Source: Octopus vulgaris (taxonomy: Eukaryota). From it: DNA of 64,000 bases. Both the position numbers and the translations under genes were made by a program. The stretch is from the NCBI GenBank assembly GCA_951406725.2, contig OX597832.1, positions 54,064,001 to 54,128,000 of the forward strand. Reading direction: 5' to 3'. A model generated the notes under the pieces. That model ran no database searches and was not told the DNA's origin. It saw only the letters and a program-made list of their open reading frames with translations. Positions 41,260 through 51,257 of the stretch are shown in pieces; position 1 is the stretch's first letter, and every line of letters starts with the position of its first letter.

Positions 41260-42468
41260 TATTAGGTCATCCCATAAGTTCTCTCCGATTTTACCTTTTT
41301 TGAAATTGAATGAAATTTAATAGTATTTTAGAATGTCTGATGGAATTTTAAATTATTTTTATGCCTTTGTGTGCATTTAAACTAATTAAATATTATTTTA
41401 CAGAATAGTAGAATTAAAATTTCTTTGATTAAAATTCTTTCTATCATGGAAGTATCCAAAGAGCATTTGAGGCACATAATGCTTTATGAGTACAAAAAAT
41501 GAAACTCTGCAGCCGAAGTGACTCGAAACATACACTCAGTTTATGGGAAAGAATGCTTGAATGAAAGAACTTGCAGAAGATGGTTTGCAAAATTCAGAAG
41601 TGGAGATTTCAGCCTTGAAGATGAAGATCGAACAGGACGTCCAGTTGAGTTTGATGATAAGTTCCTTGAGGTATTACTTGAAGAAAATCCTGCATTATCA
41701 GTTGAAGAATTGGCAATAAAGCTTAGTTCAAATCATACAACTGTCCATCGTCATCTTCAACAACTTGGAAAGGTTCTTAAACTTGGAAAATGGGTGCTTC
41801 ATGAATTGTCCGAAAGCAACCCGCAAATCCTGAGTTGATATCTGCTCTTCTCTTTTTTCTCACAAACTCATTTCACCCTCTTTGTATAGACTTGTGACTG
41901 GTGATAGAAAATGGATCTTCTATCAAAATGTTAAATGTCGTAAACAGCGGCTTGGTAAAAGGGTAAAAGCTCAACCACAACCGAGAAGAGAACTTCATGG
42001 GAAAAAGGTTCTTCTTTATATCTGGTGGGATTGCAAAGGAGTAATTCACTTTGAATTGTTACCACCTAATGCAACAATCAATGCTCAAGTCTACTGTTAG
42101 CAATTAGTGTTTGAACAAAGCTTTGAAGACAAAAATACCTGCTTTAGTGAATTGAAAAGGAGTGATGTTTCATAAGGACAATGTGCAACCTCACACTGCA
42201 AAGATCACATCACAGAAGGTCAAAGAGCTTGGTTGGGAAAAGATTCCTCATCCACCTTATTCTCCTTGCCTTGCTCCTTCAGACTACCATTTGTTTTGTA
42301 GTTTACAGAATTATTTGGGGGAAATAACTTTCGCAAGCCAGGAGGAGGTCAAAACTGACATTCCAGAGTTCTTCGCTTTGAAACCAAAAGAGTTTTACAT
42401 TGATGGGATTAAAAAGCTTGTAAATAGATGGCAGGAAGTCATAGATAATCATGGAAAGTACATTGATG
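41260..42468 (+). pseudogene. Near full-length degenerate mariner transposase (ATG 41446), 3' end replaced by an RTE insertion
   Basis: 5' TIR ta-ttaggtcatcccataagtt. Motifs WFAKFRSGDFSLEDEDRTGRP, WVLHEL, VTGDRKW, HKDN and PPYSPCLAPSDYHLF, with stops and frameshifts. Confidence 0.93.
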
Positions 42469-43685
42469 AAGGATGCTAAATGTAGAGAATGTATGGAAGA
42501 AGGAGAGGCTGCCAAATGTAGACCCAATTGAGGGACCAGCTATCCGAATCAAGAGTAACTTGGTAGATAAACCAATTAGAGATATGAAGACAGGGAAAGC
42601 ACCTGGCCCTTCAGGAATCACTGCTGAGATGCTTAAAATATCTGGTGGAGTAGGATATGGCCTAGTCACCAATATAGTTAAACAGGTTGTCCACGAAGGG
42701 GTCATACCTAACAACTGATATAGCAGCATTTTTATCAACTGCTACAGAGGTAGAGGTGATGCCCAAGACAGAAATAATCACAGAAATATCAAATTGCTGG
42801 ACCAGGTGATGAAAGTTACAGAGTGTTATAGGTCAATTAATTAGGAAAAGAGTTGTATGGATCAGATGCAGTTCGGTTTCGTGCCAGGGAGAAGCACTAT
42901 TGATGTTATCTTCCTGGTAAGGCAACTACAGGAGAAGCATTTAGCTAAAAATAAACCTCTGTACTTGGCTTTTGTGGACTTGGAGAAAGTCTTTGACAGG
43001 GTCTCTTGCTCTCTCATTGGTAGTCAATGCAGAAGCTAAGGATAGATGAGTGGTTGGTGAGAGTTGAGCAAACAATATATATATTTCTTTACTACCCACA
43101 AGGTGCTAAATATAGAGGGGACAAACAAGGACAGACAAAGGGATTAAGTCGATTACATCAACCCCAGTGCGAAACTGGTACTTCATTTATCGACCCCGAA
43201 AGAATGAAAGGCAAAGTTGATCTTGGCGGAATTTGAACTCAGAATGTAGCGACAGACAAAAAATACCGCTAAGCATTTTGCCCGGCGCACTAACGTTTCT
43301 GCCAACTCGCCGCCCATACAATATATAGGAGTGTTGCCAGTAGGGTGAAGGTCAGCAATGAGGATTGGTTCTAAGCCCTATCTTGTTTATCATAGCCCTC
43401 CATGCCATTACAGAATAATTCAAGACTGGTTGCTCTGGGGAGCTCCTCTATGCTGATGACCTTGTTCTTATAGCTGAATCACTACCTGAACTAGAGAGGA
43501 AACTTCAGGTTGGAAGCAAGGTCTGGAATCTGAAGGCTTTGGAGTTAATTTAGTAAAGACCAAAATCCTAGTAAGTAGGAAAATAGACAGTTGGAACCGG
43601 GGCAGCTCTCCAGCTCTGCAGTTGTTGTCAAACTGTTCAACCCATGCCAGCATGGAAAATGGACGTTAATTGATGATAATGATTA
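42469..43685 (+). mobile_element. RTE-clade LINE fragment (RT domain) with a nested SINE at ~43080-43315
   Basis: KAPGPSGITAEML, QFGFVPGRSTID, AFVDLEKVFDRV and LLYADDL; ends in the family's 3' tail. Confidence 0.9.
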
Positions 43686-44313
43686 TCTTTAATAAGCTTC
43701 TTTCAATGAGAATTGAGAACAAAGAACAATAAGAATATATTTTGCTGTATCTCGGGAGAGTCATTATGTCAATAATAAACATGCGCAGTAGTTTGTATTT
43801 CTCTTCTCTGTTATTTATTTGTTTGTCGGTTAATTATCTAACCAATTAATTAACTGACTGTTTGATAAATCATTCAGTAATCAGTCAATGACTTTGATAA
43901 ACCTAACTGATTCTTTGATTGATTGGATGATTAATCAAGCAATCAATTAATTAATTGGTTAAATAGTTAAGCAATTGAAAAATAGATTATAGAGAAGTGA
44001 AATAAAACCAGTGTGTGTGTTTGTTATTAGCATAATAACCCTCCCTAGATAGAACAAGATATGTTTCAACACATAAGATCACATACTGATCCTTTCTACT
44101 AAAGGCACAAGGCTTGAAATTTCAGGGTGGTGGTGGGGAAACTAGTCGACTACATTGACCCCAGTATTTTACTGGTACCTATTTCATCGACCCCTGAAAG
44201 GATGAAAGGCAGAATTTGAACTCAGAACATAAGGACAGACAAAATGCCACTAAGCATTTTGCCTGGCATGTTAACGATTCTGCCAGCTCACGGCCTTCAT
44301 AATAATAATAATG

Positions 44314-44352
<39 letters not shown>

Positions 44353-44356
<4 letters not shown>

Positions 44357-44744
44357 GATTAGTAAATATAAAGATCTGCTAATAGAAATTGGGAAAATGT
44401 GGCATCTCAAGTACCAGTGATTGTAGGATCTCTAGGAACGATAAAAAAAGGTACTGAAACCTATTTGAAAATGATTCCAGGCTTACCATCCCTACAGGAA
44501 GTGCAAAAAATCATATTAACTGGAACGACTCATGTACTGAGAAGAGCATTATCACTGTGAAAACAACATCCATCCATGAATTTATTTATCTATTAATTTT
44601 TAAATACATATTCTATCTGTGAATTTGCGCGTGTAATCTGGGAATGCATACAATGCCCTTCTCTGCCCTAGGTGTATGGAAAACACTCGACCAGAAATGG
44701 AAGAAAATTTGAAGAAAGAAGGAAAAAACAATAAAAATAATAAT

Positions 44745-44777
<33 letters not shown>

Positions 44778-44780
44778 AAT
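44353..44780 (+). mobile_element. R4/Dong-like (RLE-type) non-LTR retrotransposon 3' fragment in an (AAT)n tract
   Basis: KISKYKDLLIEIGKMWHLK / VPVIVGSLGTIKKG...LQEVQKIILTGTTHVLRRALSL*. Flanked by (AAT)n and (AAT/AAC)n. Confidence 0.85.
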
Positions 44781-45582
44781 CACATACTAAGAACACATAC
44801 TGAGAATGTTGCAATTAATCAGCTCAATTCTTTTGTAATTATATCAATAACGAACTTTGGAGGCTGATTATGTTTGTGGGCTGTCAAAATAGAAGCAATA
44901 TCAAGTTACAGTTCTTCATTTCTTGGAGATTTCTCACAAGATTTGTGAATGACTGACTGTTTTTTCCTTTTTTTTTCTGTGGGAGGGGAAATATGGCCAT
45001 ATTAAATTTCTTGTACTTGTTTTAGACATTGGACTGTGGCCATTCTGGAGTAACAGCTCAAAGAGTTTTTGTATAGGCGCAGGAGTGGCTGTGTGGTAGG
45101 CAGCTTGCTTACCAACCACATGGTTCTGGGTTCAGTCCCACTGTATGGCACCTTGGGTAAGTGTCAGGCCAACCAAAGCCTTGTGAGTGGATTTTTGTAG
45201 ATGGAAACTGAAAGAAGCCCGTCGTATATATGTATATGTATATATGTGTGTGTGTATTTGTGTCTGTGTTTGTCCCCACCAACATTGCTTGGTGTGTTTA
45301 CGTCCTTGTAACTTGGAAGTTCAGCAAAAGAGACCTATAGAATAAGTACTAGGCTTCCAAAGAATAAGTCCTGGGGGTGATTTGCTCGACTAAAGGTGGT
45401 GCTCCAGCATGGTCGCTGTCAAATGACTGAAACAAGTTAAAGAGTAAAAAGAATAAAAGAGAAAGAAATATTACATATATATATATATAGTTAATCCAAA
45501 CATGAAAACACAAGGAGAAAACACAACAACGTGAGGACATGGAACAAATATAGTATTATTGGACGCTCAGGAAAGAAGGAGG

Positions 45583-45617
45583 GTTTAACGTTTCAAGTGG
45601 AGCTCTTCGTCAGAAAC
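45583..45617 (-). ncRNA. Minimal hammerhead ribozyme motif in a ~200 bp element (45490-45690) flanked by (TA)n
   Basis: Minus strand reads GTTT-CTGACGA-A-GAGC-tcc-ACTT-GAAAC-GTT-AAAC. Stem I is perfect; stem II is decayed (probably GCTC originally). Confidence 0.7.
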
Positions 45618-45704
45618 ATAAGAAAAGGAAAGATCCAGAGAAGGGAAGATGGAAGAAAAAAATCGCCAACGGTACACATGCGGTCACATATATATATATA
45701 TATA

Positions 45705-45767
<63 letters not shown>

Positions 45768-45769
45768 TG

Positions 45770-47470
45770 ATCAAAATAAAAATAAAAACATGAGGCAAAG
45801 GACTCAGCGGTACATATGTTTCGGGCCTTTATTAGACAGATTTATAACAAAGCATAATGTGTGTCTGTGGCCTTCTTCAGCCGCGCACAACAGCTTCCAC
45901 AAGGACATGTGTTACATCAAAAATTCTTGGTTGGGGATGCAAATCCTCTCGTTCACGTACGACATAATGCGGCAGCAGCATAGAATTGAAGCGTCCATCT
46001 CTTTCTTCTCTCAATGTAGAATGAGGAAACTTGGATGTTGAGGTAATGTAAATAAATAAATACGTATATAGAGGTGAAGATGGAGGGGCGAGAGTTCGGG
46101 ACGAGGGATAAAAAATATGTATAAAAAATGTACGTATAGAATAATATAAAAATGTAGAGGATAAAGATATAAAGAGTTGTAAGGAGATGTAAAGGGGGTA
46201 TAAAGAAATATAAAGAAATATAAATAAATGTAAAGGCATAAGGTTGTAAAGTAAAAATAGAAATGGAAATAATAGTAAAAGAAGTAAAAGAACCTGATAA
46301 AAACATGATAAAAGTGTAAAAGAATGTAAAGATAAGGGATGTATAGAGGTCGCGGACCAAGCATGGTGGTCAGGAGATTGATAAAACTTAGTTGTAGAAC
46401 TGTCAGTAAATTAACAGTTTCGTCGTAAATCAGAGCTGATGAGAATTTAATCTGGTTCCTTGAATTAAATGGACTTCCAGTACATACATATCATCATGGA
46501 TACATACACCCACATACACGCGTACATATACGTCTCCAAGCCTATAAGCATACATACGCACTCGCGTGTAGACACGTACATAAACACACACGCACCCACA
46601 CGCACGCGCGCACACACACATATATACATACAACAGAATATCCGCATATATAGACGGACATTACGCGCGTACACGCTCACATGTATATACGCGCGCCCCT
46701 CACTACATACACACACGTATATGCCCACGCCTCTAGGTCTAGGTATAAGATATTAAAGGATGTGTATAAGAACGTATGTAAAGAATCCCGTACTCATGTT
46801 AATACGCGCACGCACACACGGCTGTGTGTCCGTATGTGCGTGCACATATACACTCATATACACACACAGAGACACACGCGCACATGGGTATAGCCATAAG
46901 ATATCGAAGTATGCATGTACATATACGCGCGTGCACATGTATGTATGCGCATACACACGTACGCGGACGCTCGCATACTCAAAAGGCGGATCCATAGGTA
47001 AGTAAATAAACATATATAGAGGTGTAAAGCGATAAATTAGGGGTAAGAATGAGGGTAAGGGTAAAGATTAGAAATAAAAAATACAGTATAAAATAAGAAA
47101 TACAATGTAATAGTTAGAAATGAAATATAAGAATTATAAGGGTTATAAGAGTTAAGGTAAGGGATGAAAATGAAAATGAGAGTAAATGGAAGTAGAATAA
47201 AAGTAAAAATAAAATTAAAAATAAAAATAAATGGAAGTAGGATAAAGATAAAAATAAAAATAAAAATAAAAATAAAATAAAATAAAGTAAAAAAATAAAA
47301 AAATAAGGTAAAAATATAGGGTAAAAATATAATTTTGTAAAGTTTAACATGAGATGGAGGTGGCACACATATATATATATATGTATATGTACACATACGT
47401 ACACGTATGTGCACATACACACGCACACACACACACACACACACACATACACACGCACATATAGGAAAGC
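45770..47470 (-). mobile_element. Putative non-autonomous Penelope-like element with terminal hammerhead and low-complexity body
   Basis: Abuts a (TA)n tract, carries the hammerhead at 45807-45884, and has strand-skewed A/G-rich blocks and a CpG-rich alternating purine-pyrimidine block. No RT or GIY-YIG ORF recognised. Confidence 0.4.
45807..45884 (-). ncRNA. Type I hammerhead ribozyme motif with long loop II
   Basis: Minus strand reads GCGG-CTGAAGA-aGGCC...GGCCc-GAAAC-ATAT-GTA-CCGC. Stem I is GCGG/CCGC and stem III is the palindrome ACATATGT. Confidence 0.75.
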
Positions 47471-47576
47471 GGGATGTAACCTGTTACTCTGAGTTTTGGG
47501 AACATGAAACTCAGAGTTACAGGTTTTGTTGAATTTTCTGCTGCTTTAAATAAAGTATATATACATATACATATAC

Positions 47577-47607
<31 letters not shown>

Positions 47608-49909
47608 TGCATATATATAAATTAAAAGTAATTAAGTTTATGTCTGGTCATAGCCTCGGGGACAACTCATCAGACTCTAAGGCTTTTGTGGATGTGAATC
47701 CTTTGGTCTCTCCATGACCGGACATAAACTTAATTACTTTTAATACATTACTGCTCTCTGCTTTAGCTTGGGCTTCTATTTCGGATATATAATACATACA
47801 TACATACATACGTACTTACACCCCTCATTGTTAGTAGTAATTGCTGAGACAGACAGAATATGTTGTAAGAACAGAATTAGAGCTAAAGAGAATTATATGG
47901 TGTTGTCTCAGAGTTGCTTTCTCCCTCTGACCAAGGCTGGTCAGCCAGACCTCGTTGAGCTGTCACCGGTTGGTGACTAACTGATTTTTGCTTGGGATGT
48001 GCTTGCTTATATAAAGATCCAGAAGAATAGATATATCATTGAGAACAATAGATTTAGTTGGTGGTCTCCTTATCTATTCTAGCTTATGGTGAAGTAGAAG
48101 AGATTAGAAAGGGTCAAGTGGTGAAGCCTTCGTTGTTTTGGCCTAGCTAATGGCATCTGGGAAATATAAAACTGCTGTCAGAGAAAAACCATTGTTCCAT
48201 CGTGGGAAAAGTTCTGTAGCAGTGTTGATTTAAATTTGGCAATGGTGGATCGAATCCACTTCGTGCATGCAAGATTCGCTACATATATATAAATATATAT
48301 ATATATATATATGAAAGAAAAAAGGCTTCAGAATGCAGGATGGTTGTAAAAATATATATTTACTCTTTTACTCTTTTACTTGTTTCAGTCATTTAACTGC
48401 GGCCATGCTGGAGCACCGCTTTTAGTCGAGCAAATCGACCCCGGGACTTATTCTTTGTAAGCCCAGTACTTATTCTATTGTTCTCTTTTGCCGAACCGCT
48501 AAGTTACGGGGACGTAAACACAACTGCATCGGTTGTCAAGCAATTTACATATCACATATTATTTCTTCATATTAGCGCTTTCAACTACTGCTGTAATTTC
48601 AGCAGAAATGTCAGTTTACCATTTTGTCCATTTCCATTCTGTCTCCTTCTCTAAATTGTATCATTATTTTATTTTCAATGTAATTAATTCATATTAGACT
48701 AGCAGTATCGCCCGGCGTTGCTCGGGTTTGTAAGGGAAATAACTATATAAGCATTTTTAGAGAGTTATAGCCAAAAAATAGCAAAAAAATGCATTAAAAA
48801 TGGAAAAAAAATGATGGTAAATTTTTTTTAAATCGTTGACTCATCGTAGACATTTTTAGAGAGTTACTTCCCTTATATAATAGCGAAAAATGCATTAAAA
48901 TGGAAATAAATTATGGTAAATTATTTTTAAAATCGTAGACTCATCGTAGACGCGCGCTAATACCCAGAAGGGCTCGATATGAGTCACGACTTTAAGATAC
49001 CTGGTTTTGGTTAAACTGCACCGCAAAATGTGGGAGTAGTTAGGAATCTAAATCGTAGGAGACAGACACACAACCTTACTTTTATATATATAAAGACTAG
49101 CAGTATCGCCCGGCGTTGCTCGGGTTTGTAAGGGAAATGACTATATAACCATTTTTAGAGAGTTATAGCCAAAAAATAGCAAAAAAATGCATTAAAAATG
49201 GAAAAAAATGATGGTAAATTTTTTTTAAATCGTTGACTCATCGTAGACATTTTTAGAGAGTTACTTCCCTTATATAATAGCGAAAAATGCATTAAAATGG
49301 AAATAAATTATGGTAAATTATTTTTAAAATCGTAGACTCATCGTAGACGCGCGCTAATACCCAGAAGGGCTCGATATGAGTCACGACTTTAAGATACCTG
49401 GTTTTGGTTAAACTGCACCGCAAAATGTGGGAGTAGTTAGGAATCTAAATCGTAGGAGACAGACACACAACCTTACTTTTATATATATAAAGACTAGCAG
49501 TATCGCCCGGCGTTGCTCGGGTTCGTAAGGGAAATAACTATATAAGCATTTTTAGAGAGTTATAGACAAAAAAGAGCAGAAAAATGCATTAAAAATGGAA
49601 TAAAAAATTATGGTAAATTTTTTTAAATCGTTGACTCATCGTAGACATTTTTAGAGAGTTACTTCCCTTATATAATATCGAAAAATGCATTAAAATGGAA
49701 AAAATTATGATGGTAATTTTTTTACTTCCCTTAAAATAGCGAAAATTGCAGACTCATCGTAGACTCATCGTAGACGCGCTAATACCCAGATGGGCTCGAT
49801 ATGAATCACGACTATAAGATACCCGGTTTTGGTTAAACTGCACCGCAAAATGTGGGAGTAGTTAGGAATCTAAATCGTAGGAGACAGACACACAACCTTA
49901 CTTTTATAT

Positions 49910-50342
49910 GGCGATCTTTCGTCTCTAGTAGACTTTTCCGTCGATTTCCGTAAAAATTTTTTTTTTTTACATATGGGCTTGCAGGGAACTTTTGAAGTAA
50001 TATACATACATATACACATACACCGAGTAAAAAATTTCAGTTATCTCTCTCTTTCACACATTACTCTCTCTCTGTCTCTTCACACACACTAGCAGAAGCA
50101 CTTCACTTACACAACATACTGTCTGTCTCCCACACCCCATCAAACACACACACACACACACATGTACATCAATGCCTGCCATGCACGGTAACTTCAAAAG
50201 AACTTCCCTCGTCATACAATCGCTTTCTCTTAGTCTCTTTCGCTCTCATTACTTCAAAAGTTCCCGCAAGCCCATATGTAAAAAAAAAAAAAGTTTTTTT
50301 ACGGAAATCGACGGAAAGGTCTACTAGAGACGAAAGATTGCC
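49910..50342. mobile_element. Mutator(MULE)-like MITE
   Basis: About 90 bp TIRs (ggcgatctttcgtctctagtagac... / ...gtctactagagacgaaagattgcc) and a perfect 9-bp TSD cttttatat (49901-49909 and 50343-50351). Confidence 0.85.
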
Positions 50343-50391
<49 letters not shown>

Positions 50392-50423
50392 TTTATTTAA
50401 ACCAGCAGAAAATTCAACAAAAT

Positions 50424-50461
50424 CTGTTACTCTGAGTTTCTCGTTGCCGTTCATCAGACAA
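50424..50461 (-). ncRNA. Hammerhead ribozyme motif inside a hairpin element (50391-50604) inserted in (TA)n
   Basis: Minus strand reads TTGT-CTGATGA-ACG-gcaa-CGA-GAAA-CTCaGAG-TA-ACAG, with one mismatch at the base of stem II. A related truncated copy is at 47477-47560. Confidence 0.65.
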
Positions 50462-50601
50462 TTTTTGCTAGAACGGCAACGAGAAACTCAGAGTAACAGA
50501 TTTTGTTGAATTTTCTACTGCTTTAAATAAAACATATTACTCTACCACTGGTATTTGAGTACTCTTTTTTCCACCTTGTTTCACATTTATGTGTTTACTC
50601 C

Positions 50602-50640
<39 letters not shown>

Positions 50641-50689
50641 ATTTCCAGCTGAGTTTGCAGTTCACCAAATCAAGTCATTCAGTTATCTG

Positions 50690-50973
50690 CTCCTTAGTGT
50701 GCGGTGGCGGCAGCACTTGTACGTGACGCTAGGCTTGCCGTGAATTTCTACAACTTAATGACGTGTGTGTCTTTGTGAGAAAGACATCATCATCGTCAAC
50801 TCGATATATATACACATAATTCCTTGCCTTTTCCCTGTATATATACTACATTTATATATTTTTACCGATCATCAGGAGAATGCGAAGTTAAAAGAACAAC
50901 CAATGTACAGCTGAACAGCTATTTCACTTAATTCCTTACACATATTTCCTCTCCTCATCTGAATCCGAGAAGC
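50690..50973 (+). promoter_or_regulatory. Probable eIF4E2 promoter / 5' UTR
   Basis: Unique CpG-rich stretch (gcggtggcgg; CRE-like acgtgacg and tgacgt) directly upstream of the candidate first exon. Confidence 0.4.
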
Positions 50974-50996
50974 ATGCCCGTCGATATCATGTCTAG
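50974..50996 (+). CDS. EIF4E2: Candidate first coding exon of eIF4E2 (MPVDIMS-ag|gtgcga)
   Basis: The phase-2 donor fits the phase-2 start of exon 52788. The peptide does not resemble the vertebrate N-terminus MNNKFDA, so this is tentative. Confidence 0.45.
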
Positions 50997-51199
50997 GTGC
51001 GATATACAACCATACCTTATATATATATATATATTCAATCTTATTTATTTAATTTTAATCCTTTTTGATGTTTTATTTCTCTTTATTGGTCTTATTTATT
51101 TGTTTATCATACTTAAGGTTATTCCTCGAAATGTGTAAAATTCTAAAACATCGCCGTGTGACTCCGAGAAGCATGTCCCTCGATTAGCATGGCTAGGTG

Positions 51200-51257
<58 letters not shown>

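Larger units (their letters stand above)
48699..50641 (-). mobile_element. Head-to-tail array of three Helitron copies (48699-49096, 49097-49493, 49494-50641); third copy interrupted by nested elements
   Basis: Same family as 3570. Junctions read ...CTAG|TCTTTATATA on the - strand. The outer ends sit between A and T. Confidence 0.88.

Noticed and set aside
47650-47685. Hammerhead at CTGATGA (minus strand) in the 47621-47745 hairpin loop
   Set aside because: No GAAA box at a suitable distance. The same applies to ctgatga at 46437, 13075 and 58060.
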